Of a stretch of 64,000 nucleotides of DNA, positions 46,193 through 59,085 are shown in pieces. How positions within the stretch are numbered: the stretch's first letter is position 1; each line of letters starts with the position of its first letter. Below the pieces are notes generated by a model, which worked only from the letters and a program-made list of their open reading frames with translations, was not told the origin of the DNA and did no database searches. The DNA comes from Escherichia coli (GTDB lineage Bacteria > Pseudomonadota > Gammaproteobacteria > Enterobacterales > Enterobacteriaceae), in assembly GCF_013315695.1 (NCBI RefSeq), contig NZ_CP054353.1, one strand, 5' to 3'. The position numbers were made by a program, and so were the translations under genes.

Positions 46193-47223
46193 TATTGTGG
46201 CTCAAGATTAGCGACTGCCGAAGCGCCGATGCGGAACATTTCCGGGTCAGGTTTTTCAACCATGATTTTGACCGGAAAACGCTGGGCAACGCGGACCCAG
46301 TTAATAGAACGAGACACTTTCGGCAGGCCGCCCAGCACCAGGCCGCCGTCATCCGGTAGCACGCCGTAGCCAATCGAATCCACTTTACCCTCGAAGGTTT
46401 TGCCGCTGTCGCTCATCAGGCGAATCGTTGCGGGTGTACCTGAGCGAATATTTTTCAGATCGGTTTCGCGGAAGTTGGCGATCACGTACCAGTGACGAGT
46501 GTCGATTAGGGTAAAAATAGGGCGCATGGCAGAAGCAAATTGCCCGACGGAGGTTTTGAGGGAAATGACCCGGCCATCAAACGGCGCGCGAACGGTCGCC
46601 ATTTCCAGATGCAGTTTGGTCAGGGCAATATCCGCTTCGACCGCCGCACGTTGGGCGACCAGCGCATCGACGCCGCTGACGGCACTGGCGGCTGACTGCG
46701 CCTGCAACAATACGGCATTAAGATCGGCTTCTGCGGCGCGCTGCGCAGTTCTTGCACGGTCAACGTCTTCCGCTGAGACAAAACCTTCTTTCAGTAATGG
46801 CTCGGTGCGGCGTAATGTATCTGTGGCCTGTTTCGCGGCGGCACGGGCTTTTTCTACCGTGGCATTAACCGAGTCGGCACCAAACTGTTGCGCGTCAACG
46901 CTACGTTGGGTGAGCATAATTTGCTTATCCAGCGCCGCGAGGGAGGCTTCGGCTTTCGCCAGATTGGCTTCGTACGGGCGCGGGTCGATGCGGAACAGCA
47001 AATCGCCCTGTTTCACCGCCTGGTTGTCGGTGACCGCCAGTTCTACAATGCGACCGCTGACTTCCGGCACCACATCAATGGTATCTGCTGACGCGTAGGC
47101 GTCATTAGTTGATGGCGCACTGTCTACGCGCCAGATAACGAAAACAAGGGCAACCAGCGCCAACGCAACCACTAACAGAGCAGGGAATTTACTGCGAGGA
47201 GCTTTTTTCGGCGTACTTTCCAT
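46192..47223 (-). CDS. mdtN: Membrane fusion protein MdtN (HlyD family, 343 aa)
   Basis: Single N-terminal TM segment plus coiled-coil; HlyD-like. Confidence 0.9.
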   Translation of the reverse strand: MESTPKKAPRSKFPALLVVALALVALVFVIWRVDSAPSTNDAYASADTIDVVPEVSGRIVELAVTDNQAVKQGDLLFRIDPRPYEANLAKAEASLAALDKQIMLTQRSVDAQQFGADSVNATVEKARAAAKQATDTLRRTEPLLKEGFVSAEDVDRARTAQRAAEADLNAVLLQAQSAASAVSGVDALVAQRAAVEADIALTKLHLEMATVRAPFDGRVISLKTSVGQFASAMRPIFTLIDTRHWYVIANFRETDLKNIRSGTPATIRLMSDSGKTFEGKVDSIGYGVLPDDGGLVLGGLPKVSRSINWVRVAQRFPVKIMVEKPDPEMFRIGASAVANLEPQ

Positions 47224-47241
47224 GAGCGCGTCTCAAATAGA

Positions 47242-47517
47242 TTAGAAAAATGCCAGCCAGAACAGCATGGCGTAGAGAGCAAAAAGGGCGGTATAAATAA
47301 TTCCGACAAATGCCAGATTGATATTTGCCCTCTGAATAATTCGCCTCGTGATGAGCGTCAAAATAAGGCTGGCAATGGCGCAGAAAAACCAGCTGGGATA
47401 ATAAGCGCCGATCACCGGGATTGCCGGAGATAATGAGCATCCCGAAACCATGAAGACGGGAATTATCCAGGCTGTTTTTTTGAGTTGCATCGCCATGCGA
47501 GAGAGAACTGGTGGCAT
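47242..47517 (-). CDS. ytcA: Small lipoprotein YtcA (91 aa)
   Basis: Lipobox (VSGCSL) and hydrophobic C-terminus, immediately upstream of mdtN. Confidence 0.75.
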   Translation of the reverse strand: MPPVLSRMAMQLKKTAWIIPVFMVSGCSLSPAIPVIGAYYPSWFFCAIASLILTLITRRIIQRANINLAFVGIIYTALFALYAMLFWLAFF

Positions 47518-47725
47518 ATTAAATACATCCTGTCTGCTGCGAACAATATCTGTAGTGAATATCAATATCCATTGAAGGCGTCAGTATGGCTATTTTCTCG
47601 ATGAATAAAAATAGCTTTATTCAGCCACCGCATTCATAACTTATATATTTTATTTATTAATTGTCTGTATATATTTTTAAAATAAATGCTTTTGGGGGCT
47701 TCAGCGCCCCCAAAAGCGAGTGGCA

Positions 47726-49711
47726 TTAATTTGGGGTTACGATATTCACCCACAAATCGAAATTATCCAGACAGGCAATAATTTCTTCCAGTTTTGCGCC
47801 ATTGCCAATAATTTTGGCTTTCTTCGCCTTTACCAGATCCGCCATTTTGGCTTGTCCGACCAGCACGTCGTGCAGATCGCTGCGGCTCATGTAAAACGAT
47901 GCGTCTACCTTCGGTTGCAGTACTTTACGGTAGTTCAATACGCTATTGTTGAGTGAGAGGTTCAGGTTATCGTTGTCAGAGAGATTGAAGTTCAGGCTGA
48001 TGGATTTGCCCGCGGCTTTCTCACTGTTCAGACGAACAGCCATGTAATCAAGCAGCATCTCGACGGTCATACCCTTGATGGTGTCAGGAGAGGCGGTGCT
48101 GGCGTGTTCGATTTTCTTCGCGCCCTCACGCAGTTCTTTCGCTCCCGTCAGGTAGAAGCCGCGCCAGGTGGCTGATTCGGCCTGATAACCCAATTGTTCG
48201 AAGGTATCGGCCTGTAGGTTTTTCGCCACCTGGTCTCCCGGATTGGCAGCAATCACCTGTTTCAGCAGTTCAGAGGCCCAGCGGTAGTCGCCCTGGTTAT
48301 AGGCTTCACGCGCCAGATTGATAGCATGTGCGGAACCTCCCAGCGCTTTGACATAACGTTTACCCATATCGACCTGGCCATACGGATTCAGGTTTGCTGG
48401 GTTACCGTCGTAGTAGCCGAGGTAAAAGTTATATACCGCGCGAGCGTTATGACTGACGGAGCCATAATAGCCACGGCTGGCCCAGTTTTTATCCAGCGTT
48501 TCCGGCAGATGAATCATGTTGCCGATTTCATTCATGGTGTAACCCTGGTTCGCCAGGTGCAGGGTCTGGTCGTGAATATACTTAATGGTGTCGCGATATT
48601 TTCCAATATAATCATTGATATGTTGATTACCCCATACTGGCCAGGTATGTGGCATAAACAGCACTTCTGCTTGTGATCCCCACTTATCCAGCGTTTCATT
48701 CAGGTAATCGGTCCACTTCGCGGTATCACGGGTTTTCGCGCCACGCAGGGTGTAGAAGTTATGCAGGGTATGGGTGCTGTTTTCCGCTGTGCACAGGGCT
48801 TTCAACGCCGGAATATAGAGGTGCATTTCAGACGGCGCTTCGCTGCCTGGAGCCATCAGGAATTCGAAATCCAGCCCGTCGATATTGAGTTTCTCTCCTG
48901 TCTTGGTGATAGATCGCGTCGGCGCGATAATTGTCGGGCCGCCGGTAGTAAGCGTAACACCCAGCCCGTTGCCGATATCTCCCTGTGCATTATGCGGGAG
49001 TAGCAGGCCGTAAGAGTAAAATGCACGGCGACTCATGATATTACCCGCCAGCACGTTTTCACTGATGGCTTCGTCCATAAAGCCTGCCGGGGCGATGATC
49101 TGCACTTTGCCTGCTTTTACATCGGCTTCTGAGACAATACCTTTTACGCCGCCATAGTGGTCAGTGTGGCTGTGGGTGTAGATAACGGCCACAATCGGTT
49201 TTTGTGGGCGGTGTTTGAAATAGAGATCAAGGCTGGCTTTTGCTGCATTTGGCGTCACCAGCGGGTCAATGACGATGATGCCCGTATCACCTTCAATGAA
49301 GGTGATGTTCGAGATATCCTGGCTGCGCACCTGATACATGCGGTCGGTGACTTTAAACAGGCCAGAAATGCCGTTGATCTGCGACTGACGCTACAGGCTT
49401 GGGTTAACGGTTTCGGGCGCGGGCGCATTGATATCAAATTTATAATCTTCTCCGAGATAATATGGTTTGCCATTAGCATCGCGCAGAATACCTTCATCCA
49501 GCAGCGGAGCGATAAATCCACGCTGAGCATCGTCAAAATCCTGACGATCGCTAAACGGTAATGATTTGGCGTAATTCTGATTAACCTGTTGGGTATATTG
49601 AGTGGCGGCTTTCGCTTCATCTGTTGCGTTAGCGGTATTTACCATCATGCCGCTGGCGGCAGTTAACGCAATAACAATCCTGCTCAAACGGAATAACCGA
49701 GAGTTATTCAT
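47726..49711 (-). pseudogene. yjcS: Alkyl/aryl-sulfatase family (MBL-fold) yjcS interrupted by an in-frame TAG at 49391-49393
   Basis: ORFs 49391-49723 and 47726-49339 are in the same frame; direct translation across the gap gives ...[31 protein letters not shown]...; MBL motif [11 protein letters not shown] is downstream of the stop. Confidence 0.8.
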
Positions 49712-49983
49712 ATAAATCTCCATTTATCATTTATGTCGTAAATATGTAATCCATGCAAAATACGTCATTTGAAGCTGGCGTTATCATAATTGGGAATTTG
49801 CGATTTTAATAAGTGGAAGTGTGAGCGGAACGCGCCATTTTATTAGGCATTTGTGCTGAAGAGGGGAAATTACAGTAGAACTATCATTGCTGAAAATAAT
49901 ATGAGCTGTTTTATGTGTTTATTATATATATTGTACTTGTCGTTGGCACAGCGGGACATTGCGTTACGGTGCCAACGCTTTAC

Positions 49984-51592
<1,609 letters not shown>

Positions 51593-51602
51593 GTTTAATT
51601 CC

Positions 51603-52583
51603 TTACTTACTGATAAGACGGTCAAGGGCGACAGCCGCGATAATTAATCCGCCCATCACCACCAGTTGGTAATAGGTTTGTACCTGCAAAATATTCAGAC
51701 CGTTGTTGATGGTGCCGATGATCAACCCGCCAATCACCACAGAGAAAATGCGCCCCTTGCCGCCGAAGAAACTGGTGCCGCCAATGATGGCGCTGGCAAT
51801 GGCATAGGTTTCAAAACCCATACCGGCAAGCGGTTCTGCGGCACCGAGTCGTGCAGTTGAGACGACGCCTGCCAGACCTGCACAAACACCGGAGATGATA
51901 AACACCACCAGGATGTGGAATTTCACGTCAATCCCGGAATAGAACGCCGAGTTTTTGTTGCCGCCCAGTGCGTAGATGTTGCGTCCGAGCCGCATACGCG
52001 TTGTCAGAAACCAAAGGATGAGCGCGACAATTAGCGAGAAGATAACGGGAACAGGTATCCCAATTACGCTGGCGGCAAAGAAGTTCACGAAGTCAAATTA
52101 GAAGCCGTATACCGAGTTGGCATCGGAGATCACCAGCGTGATCCCACGGAAAATAGCGTTGGTACCAAGGGTGATAATAAATGGGTGTAGCCCCGTCCAG
52201 TTGACCAGGCAGCCGTTGATCGCCCCCAGTGCACCGCCAACCAGTACACCGCCAATCAGCGCCGCGAGAAACGGGTCAACACCTGCCAACATCAGTTTGG
52301 CGGTCACCATACCGGAAAGCGCCAGAATCGCGCCAACCGAGAGGTCGATACCAGCGACCAGGATAGCGAAAAACTCGCCCATGCCGATCAATACCGTCAC
52401 GGAGCTTTGCACAAAAATCTGGGTAATATTATTGGTGGTCAGAAAATATTCTGGTGACAGCGAACCAAAGATGGCGACGATGATCGCCAGGATAAAAAAG
52501 GTGCCGTATTTATCCCAGAACAGCGCAAAGTTGAACGGTTTCTTCTCGCTCGCTTCGCTTTTTACTCGTGTGGTAAAGCCCAT
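51603..52583 (-). pseudogene. alsC: D-allose ABC transporter permease alsC interrupted by an in-frame TAA at 52098-52100
   Basis: ORFs 52098-52583 and 51603-52088 are in the same frame; translation reads ...SDANSVYGF*FDFVNFFAASVIG...; total span equals 326 codons, as expected for AlsC. Confidence 0.8.
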
Positions 52584-54094
52584 GCCATAATCTCCTCTTC
52601 GCTCATGTCATCGCGATTCGTCAGGATTTGCGTCAGTCGTCCTTCGCAGAACACGGCGATGCGGTCGCAGACGGTGATAATTTCAGGTAGTTCAGATGAC
52701 ACCATCAGGATGACTTTTCCGTCGTCCGCCAGTTGGCGCATCACTTTGTAAATTTCGGCTTTCGCGCCAACGTCGATGCCGCGGGTAGGTTCATCGAAAA
52801 TGATCACTTCCGGGCAACAGCACAGCCATTTGGAGATCAGGACTTTCTGCTGATTCCCCCCGGAGAGTTCGGTGATATTCTGGTTTATCGAATGACATTT
52901 CAGTGCCAGCAGTTCGCGTTGATTTTCAGCGGTACGTTGCTCGTCAACTTCATGAAACAAGCCCATCGCGCCTTTATAGCCGCCGTCTTTCAGACTGCGG
53001 CTGATCGCCATGTTCTGAGCGATGGAAAAGTTGGGGAAAAAACCGTTATCCCGGCGGCTTTCAGTGATGTAAGCCATCCCTTTTTTCACGGCATCCAGGG
53101 GTGAGCGTGGAGAGATATCTTTGTCATTAAGACGGATTTCTCCGCCAGCGCGTTTATCAACGCCAAACAGGCAGTTCATCAGTTCAGTACGTCCGGAACC
53201 GACCAGTCCGGCAAAGCCTAATATTTCTCCCCGGCAGACGCTAAATGAGATATCCCGGACCTTTTTTCTGTCACGGCTGGTGACGTTGCGCACCTCAAAA
53301 ACCGTATCGTGCGCAAGGTTGCTGACATTCTCCTTCATCGCGTTAAAACGGTTTTGCAGTTCGCGGCCTACCATCAGACGGACGATATCGTCATTTGACA
53401 CATCGCTCACCATGCCGCTGCAAACGCTGCTGCCGTCTTTCATCACCGTATAGCGGTCGCAAATACGGCGAATTTCCGCCAACTTATGCGAGATATAGAC
53501 GATGGCCGTACCCTCTTTACGCAACTGATTCATGATCAGAAACAGATAGTCCACCTCTTTATTGGTGAGTGAGGAGGTGGGTTCATCCATGATGATGACT
53601 TTGGCGTCGAGCATCAGCGTTTTGGCAATTTCCAGCATCTGCTTGTGGCTGATAGATAAGTTCGCCACTTTCTCATCTAAATCAACTTTCAAGCCCACGC
53701 GTAATAACATCATGGCGGCGCGGACACGCATTTCTCGCCAGTCGATAATATTGACGCCACAGATTTTTTTCGTCAGATGACGACCAATATATAAATTTTC
53801 CAGTACGGTTAATTCATCAATAACGCTGAGTTCCTGATAAATGATCCCGATACCGAGTTGTGCCGCTAATTTATGATCCAGCTTGTTATAGTTAATGTTA
53901 TTAATGGTAATGGTGCCTTTGGTTGGCTCATGTATTCCGGATAACACTTTCATTAGCGTGGATTTACCCGCGCCATTTTCTCCTAGTAATGCATGTATTT
54001 CACCAGGATAAACCGTTAAATTAACCGACTTTAATGCGTGAACCGGACCAAAGGACTTGCCGATCCCCGCCATCGATATATATGGCGTGGCCAT
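52562..54094 (-). CDS. alsA: D-allose ABC transporter ATP-binding protein (duplicated ABC domains, 510 aa)
   Basis: Two Walker A motifs (GENGAGKST, GLVGSGRTE) and LSGGNQQK signature. Confidence 0.92.
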   Translation of the reverse strand: MATPYISMAGIGKSFGPVHALKSVNLTVYPGEIHALLGENGAGKSTLMKVLSGIHEPTKGTITINNINYNKLDHKLAAQLGIGIIYQELSVIDELTVLENLYIGRHLTKKICGVNIIDWREMRVRAAMMLLRVGLKVDLDEKVANLSISHKQMLEIAKTLMLDAKVIIMDEPTSSLTNKEVDYLFLIMNQLRKEGTAIVYISHKLAEIRRICDRYTVMKDGSSVCSGMVSDVSNDDIVRLMVGRELQNRFNAMKENVSNLAHDTVFEVRNVTSRDRKKVRDISFSVCRGEILGFAGLVGSGRTELMNCLFGVDKRAGGEIRLNDKDISPRSPLDAVKKGMAYITESRRDNGFFPNFSIAQNMAISRSLKDGGYKGAMGLFHEVDEQRTAENQRELLALKCHSINQNITELSGGNQQKVLISKWLCCCPEVIIFDEPTRGIDVGAKAEIYKVMRQLADDGKVILMVSSELPEIITVCDRIAVFCEGRLTQILTNRDDMSEEEIMAWALPHE

Positions 54095-54127
54095 AAATAA
54101 CCTCTCTGCACGAAATATCGTATTATT

Positions 54128-54210
54128 GCCTGATGGGCTACACTTATCAGGTCTACGTTCAGGTTATTTTGTTGGCCGGATAAGACACTTCATTAGCATC
54201 ATCATCCGGC
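54128..54210. repeat. Two REP-like palindromic units between alsB and alsA
   Basis: gcctgatgggctacacttatcaggtctac and ggccggataagacacttcattagcatcatcatccggc; partial matches to REP consensus. Confidence 0.5.
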
Positions 54211-54221
54211 ATCATTCAGTT

Positions 54222-55157
54222 TTATTGAGTGACCAGGATTGAATCGACCAGTTTAAATTCCGGTGCTTTATCCAGCGGGATAACCTTGCCGGATTTCTCA
54301 GCGTCAACCATCAGCTTCAGACCCGTTGCACCGATATCCGCCGGGTTCTGGGCAACCGTCGCGGTCATTTGTCCGGCTTCCACCATTTTGCGGGCTTCCG
54401 GAATTCCATCTGTACCGACGACCAACACTTTGCCCGTTTTTCCGGCGTTTGCGACTGCCTGAGCAACACCCATTGCCATCGTGTCATTCGCGCAATAGAT
54501 CGCTTTAATATTCGGATTACGTTGCAACACGTTAGTGGCGACATCCAGTGCTTTAATACGGTCCCAGTCGGCAGGCTGGCTGGCGACAAGCTTGATCTGG
54601 CTTGCTTTTTTGAAGGCTTCGGTGGCACCATTACGACGCGCTTCACCGGAGGCGTTACCGGCTTTACCCTCAATGATTGCGACTTCACCCCCTTCGGCAC
54701 CCAGCTTGTCAATAATGAATGACGCGCCTTTCGCCCCGACGGCAACATTATCGGTGGTGACAAAACCTTCCACATTACCGCCTGCTTTTTTCAGATTATC
54801 CATGTCGATTTTTTCATCGAGATTGACCAGATAAATGCCTTTTTTCCATGCGCGGGCGACAGGCATGACCAGATTTACTGAGGATAATGGCGCGAAGGCG
54901 ATACCTTTGTAATTTTTATTACTGAGATCTTCAAATAACTGCAATTGAGATTGAAAATCGCCTTCTGAAGGAGAGGCAAAAATATCAACGCTGACGCCTA
55001 GCGTTTTTGCTTCATCTTCAATGCCTTTTTTCATATCTACCCAAAATGGATTGGAGAGTGTTTTCAATACGACGGCATATTCGGCGGCAGCAAAAGCGCT
55101 GGTTGACAACATTAAGCCCACGAGTGTGCCGCTGAAATATTTCAGATATTTATTCAT
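54222..55157 (-). CDS. alsB: D-allose periplasmic binding protein (311 aa)
   Basis: Signal peptide (LMLSTSAFAAA) plus periplasmic sugar-binding fold. Confidence 0.9.
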   Translation of the reverse strand: MNKYLKYFSGTLVGLMLSTSAFAAAEYAVVLKTLSNPFWVDMKKGIEDEAKTLGVSVDIFASPSEGDFQSQLQLFEDLSNKNYKGIAFAPLSSVNLVMPVARAWKKGIYLVNLDEKIDMDNLKKAGGNVEGFVTTDNVAVGAKGASFIIDKLGAEGGEVAIIEGKAGNASGEARRNGATEAFKKASQIKLVASQPADWDRIKALDVATNVLQRNPNIKAIYCANDTMAMGVAQAVANAGKTGKVLVVGTDGIPEARKMVEAGQMTATVAQNPADIGATGLKLMVDAEKSGKVIPLDKAPEFKLVDSILVTQ

Positions 55158-55215
55158 AATCATGTTCTCACGGTAAGGGGAGAGGTAACTCCGCGATGGC
55201 GGAATTACCTTTTTC

Positions 55216-56106
55216 TTATTTCAGCGCGCCTGGTGAGAAGAAATCAACAATTGCGCCGGTTTTTTGCATATTAATATTAGCTTGTTCAATGTTGAGCTGG
55301 GCGACAGAGACAAAAAACGCGTCCAGCAAAGTTAGTTGTAATATTCTTGCCGAGGCATTACGACCTAATAACGGTGTTTCCGGGGCCGGTGAGCAAATAA
55401 TATAATCGGCCAGCTTCGCTATCGGTGAATGGTAGCTATGCGTTATACAAATAATCTTTGCCCCGTTCTTTTTTGCCAGTTCTACAGCCGCTTTTACATC
55501 ACTGGTTCGCCCGGAATGGGTCACCACCAGCACCACATCTCCTTCCTGTAACAACGAAGCAGACATCATCATGATGTGAGCGTCCGGATAGGCCTGGCAG
55601 CGTACGCCAATGCGTAAAAACTTGTGCTGTACATCAGCACAGATAGCATTTGATCCTCCGGCACCGTACAAATCCCGCTGTCTGGCCTGATAGAAAAAGC
55701 GGGCGGCACGGTGGATCTCATCAACGTTGACGATCGACTGACCTTCCATAATGGTGCGTAAAGTGATGTTAAATACCTTATTCACCACATCCTGCGGCGC
55801 TTCATCAAAAGCCAACTCGGACGGCAATACCTGTTCTGACTGAGAAAAATAATCTTCCAGCGCACTGCGTAAGTTACGAAAGCCGCTAAACCCCAGCAGC
55901 TTTGATACCTTAACGATCATCGCTTCAGATACCGCCAGAGCTTCTGCGACATCTTTAATTGCGGGTGCACAACTCAGGTTACCGGGTTTGAGTAACCACT
56001 CCACGATGCGGCTTTCGTTTTCTGTCATTCCTTCCTGCTTCATTCGCAGGTAAGGCGCTAACCCGATACCGTTCGGAAGCGCTGAATCAAACTCTGACTG
56101 GCTCAT
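55216..56106 (-). CDS. rpiR: RpiR/AlsR transcriptional repressor (HTH plus SIS domain)
   Basis: N-terminal HTH, C-terminal SIS-like region; divergent from rpiB. Start taken at the internal Met for a 296-aa product. Confidence 0.88.
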   Translation of the reverse strand: MSQSEFDSALPNGIGLAPYLRMKQEGMTENESRIVEWLLKPGNLSCAPAIKDVAEALAVSEAMIVKVSKLLGFSGFRNLRSALEDYFSQSEQVLPSELAFDEAPQDVVNKVFNITLRTIMEGQSIVNVDEIHRAARFFYQARQRDLYGAGGSNAICADVQHKFLRIGVRCQAYPDAHIMMMSASLLQEGDVVLVVTHSGRTSDVKAAVELAKKNGAKIICITHSYHSPIAKLADYIICSPAPETPLLGRNASARILQLTLLDAFFVSVAQLNIEQANINMQKTGAIVDFFSPGALK

Positions 56107-56464
56107 CACGTTCTCTTGTCCTTGAATTGAAGACGCCACTATATCACCACAGCAAGAACAGAAAAGATGCTGGCAACTTCATAAAAAAATAAAATTTATA
56201 AAGTTTATTTTGTTGTGAATAATGGAGAGTGGCTTAAAATTTCATTTCATTTAATCACTTTAAAAACATGATGTTATTTGTTTTTCTGGTTTATTGGATG
56301 ATAGATGTTGCTGGATAGTGAGTGTCTTTAACGCTATTGCGCTGCCAGATGTAACTCTGTAAAACAGATCAGGAAGGCGGATTTCATCGATTTTGGGTGT
56401 TTTTAATTCATTAACATCACAAATGTTTTTTGATTGTGAAGTTTTGCGCGGGCGGAGAAGATGA

Positions 56465-56914
56465 ATGAAAAAGATTGCATTAGGCTGTGATCATGTCGGT
56501 TTCATTTTAAAACATGAAATAGTGGCACATTTAGTTGAGCGTGGCGTTGAAGTGATTGATAAAGGAACCTGGTCGTCAGAGCGTACTGATTATCCGCATT
56601 ACGCCAGTCAAGTCGCACTGGCAGTTGCTGGCGGAGAGGCTGATGGCGGGATTTTGATTTGTGGCACTGGCGTCGGTATTTCGATAGCGGCGAACAAGTT
56701 TGCCGGAATTCGCGCCGTCGTTTGTAGCGAACCTTATTCCGCGCAACTTTCGCGGCAGCATAACGATACCAACGTGCTGGCTTTTGGTTCACGAGTGGTT
56801 GGCCTCGAACTGGCAAAAATGATTGTCGATGCGTGGCTGGGCGCACAGTACGAAGGCGGTCGTCATCAACAACGCGTGGAGGCGATTACGGCAATAGAGC
56901 AGCGGAGAAATTGA
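56465..56914 (+). CDS. rpiB: Ribose-5-phosphate isomerase B / allose-6-phosphate isomerase (149 aa)
   Basis: MKKIALGCDHVGFILKHEIVAHLVERGVEVIDKG...; RpiB/LacAB family. Confidence 0.93.
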   Translation: MKKIALGCDHVGFILKHEIVAHLVERGVEVIDKGTWSSERTDYPHYASQVALAVAGGEADGGILICGTGVGISIAANKFAGIRAVVCSEPYSAQLSRQHNDTNVLAFGSRVVGLELAKMIVDAWLGAQYEGGRHQQRVEAITAIEQRRN

Positions 56915-56982
56915 GATTCATCCACTACTTGCATGGATGAGTAATGACTAATGTGGATAGAGTTTCTTTTTGAGGTTGGCTA

Positions 56983-57312
56983 ATGAAACGCTTTCCGCTA
57001 TTTCTTTTATTCACCCTGTTCACGCTGTCCACCGTTCCGGCCCAGGCCGATATTATCGATGACACCATTGGCAATATTCAGCAGGCGATTAACGACGCTT
57101 ATAACCCTGACCGTGGGCGAGACTATGAAGATTCGCGCGACGACGGCTGGCAGCGTGAAGTGAACGACGATCGGCGCAGACAATATGACGATCGCCGCCG
57201 CCAGTTTGAAGATCGCCGCAGGCAGCTGGACGATCGCCAGCGCCAGCTGGATCAGGAGCGTCGGCAGCTAGAAGATGAAGAGCGGAGAATGGAAGATGAG
57301 TATGGGCGGTGA
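56983..57312 (+). CDS. yjdP: Small secreted low-complexity protein YjdP (109 aa)
   Basis: Signal peptide followed by tandem DDRRRQ(Y/F/L)(D/E)DR repeats. Confidence 0.75.
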   Translation: MKRFPLFLLFTLFTLSTVPAQADIIDDTIGNIQQAINDAYNPDRGRDYEDSRDDGWQREVNDDRRRQYDDRRRQFEDRRRQLDDRQRQLDQERRQLEDEERRMEDEYGR

Positions 57313-57346
57313 TGTTGAGTCTAGAGCAGGCATCGCCCCTCACCCA

Positions 57347-58105
57347 TCACTCCACCCCAATCACCATCCCATCAAAACCCGCCTCAAACCCCGACGGCAG
57401 TGCGTTTTCCATCAGCCACGCATCAAACTGGTGGCTGATATGGGTCAGAATCACCCGTGGCGAGCGGATAACCTGATTCAGCGCAAGCACGGTATTTAAA
57501 TCACAGTGATTACGCGGTGCATCCTCGCGCGGCGGGTGGCTGCAATCAATCACCATTACCTGCGGCTGATTATTGCGTAAAAATTTCAGCGTTTTTTCCG
57601 GCAAGCCAGCGGTGTCAGACAGCCACGCCACCCGGCTGTGTGCCGTTTCCAGCAGATAACCGAAGGTCAGTTTTGAGTGGTTGAGCGGCAGGGGCGTGAC
57701 CTGTAACCCCTGTAAATCAAACACCACAAACGGTTCCATCGTGTGGCTGAAATCAAGCAGGCCCGGATGTTTAAACAGATCGTCGCAGCCCTGTTCATCC
57801 GGCGGGCCGTAGACCGGGATCTGATCGCCCACGCCCCAGCGCAGCGGAAACAGCCCCTGGACGTGATCCATATGATAATGCGTCAGCAAAAACTGCTGGA
57901 ACGATCCTGGCGACCAGCGATCGGCGAGATCGTGCAGCCCGGCGTCGATCAGGGTGATTGCGTCGTTAAACTTTACTACGCCGCTGCATGGCTGGCGGCG
58001 ATACTGCGGCGAGCGTCGTGCTCTGGCGCAGGCCACGCACTCACAGCCCCATGCGGGAACGCCCTGTGCGCCGCCAGTGCCAGTAAGTGTGAGGGTCAGG
58101 CTCAT
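57347..58105 (-). CDS. phnP: Phosphonate metabolism phosphodiesterase PhnP (MBL fold, 252 aa)
   Basis: HYHMDH motif; last gene of the phn operon. Confidence 0.92.
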   Translation of the reverse strand: MSLTLTLTGTGGAQGVPAWGCECVACARARRSPQYRRQPCSGVVKFNDAITLIDAGLHDLADRWSPGSFQQFLLTHYHMDHVQGLFPLRWGVGDQIPVYGPPDEQGCDDLFKHPGLLDFSHTMEPFVVFDLQGLQVTPLPLNHSKLTFGYLLETAHSRVAWLSDTAGLPEKTLKFLRNNQPQVMVIDCSHPPREDAPRNHCDLNTVLALNQVIRSPRVILTHISHQFDAWLMENALPSGFEAGFDGMVIGVE

Positions 58106-58106
58106 G

Positions 58107-58541
58107 TTACAGCGCCTTGGTGAAGCGGAAGTGGCTCTGCTCGTAGCCTTCGCGCAGATAGAAACGGTGCGCGTCGTGGCGCTTGACGTTGGTGGAAAGC
58201 TCAGTCATTTCGGCCCCGGCCTGGCGGGCTTCTTCTTCTGCCCATGCCAGTAATTTGCTGCCGACATTCAGACCGCGCGCCTGCGGCATCACCACCAGTT
58301 CCTGAATTTCGCCGATCCAGTTGACATGATGCAGATGAAACTGCAAATGCAGGCCGATCATGCCGACAACTTCGCCATCCAGCAGCGCCAGATGGTAGCG
58401 CATGTACGGATCGCGCAGATTGGCGTTAAACCCCACGCGAAACGCGTGGTGGTCAAACTCCGCCTGTTTTAGCTCACAAATCAGCGCGTAAACTGCGTCG
58501 GTGTCGTACTGCGTAGCCGGGCGAAGCTCACAAGCAGGCAT
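58107..58541 (-). CDS. phnO: Aminoalkylphosphonate N-acetyltransferase PhnO (GNAT, 144 aa)
   Basis: GNAT fold signatures; 144 aa. Confidence 0.92.
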   Translation of the reverse strand: MPACELRPATQYDTDAVYALICELKQAEFDHHAFRVGFNANLRDPYMRYHLALLDGEVVGMIGLHLQFHLHHVNWIGEIQELVVMPQARGLNVGSKLLAWAEEEARQAGAEMTELSTNVKRHDAHRFYLREGYEQSHFRFTKAL

Positions 58542-59085
58542 GGTGTTTCTCCTTCTGATGAATCAGCGTCAGCAGCTTGTCGACCGACTGGCGCAGGCTG
58601 CCGTCATTATTGAGCGTAAGACAATCCTGAGGAGTATAGCGGGCAGCGCGCGCCAGCCGGGCGTTAATTTCACTGGCATTTTCACGACCACGGTTTTCCA
58701 GGCGCTGGCGCAGGATCTCTGGCGAAACCTGTAAACAAACGGGCAGCAGCGCCGATTGATAGCGCGCCCGCGCCTGCGGCAGATGGGCGCGTGAGCCGTT
58801 GACCACCACGTCAAATCCAGCGTGCAGCCAGAGGTCAATCTCGACGCCGACGCCATAATACAGACCGTTAGCGTGCCAGCTTAAGGCCAGAAGGTTCTGC
58901 CCCGCGCGGGTAAAAAACTCCTGCTCGCTCAGGGCGATATGGTTTTCACTTCCGGCGCTGGCGGCGCGCGTGATGTAGCGATGCGCTACCAGTAGCTGAG
59001 TTTGTTCCCGCTGGCGGAGTTCCGTCAACAGACTGTCTTTTCCGGAGCCAGAGGCCCCCATTAACCAAATCAGTTTTCCCGTCAT
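58528..59085 (-). CDS. phnN: Ribose 1,5-bisphosphate phosphokinase PhnN (185 aa)
   Basis: P-loop GASGSGKDS; guanylate-kinase-like. Confidence 0.92.
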   Translation of the reverse strand: MTGKLIWLMGASGSGKDSLLTELRQREQTQLLVAHRYITRAASAGSENHIALSEQEFFTRAGQNLLALSWHANGLYYGVGVEIDLWLHAGFDVVVNGSRAHLPQARARYQSALLPVCLQVSPEILRQRLENRGRENASEINARLARAARYTPQDCLTLNNDGSLRQSVDKLLTLIHQKEKHHACL

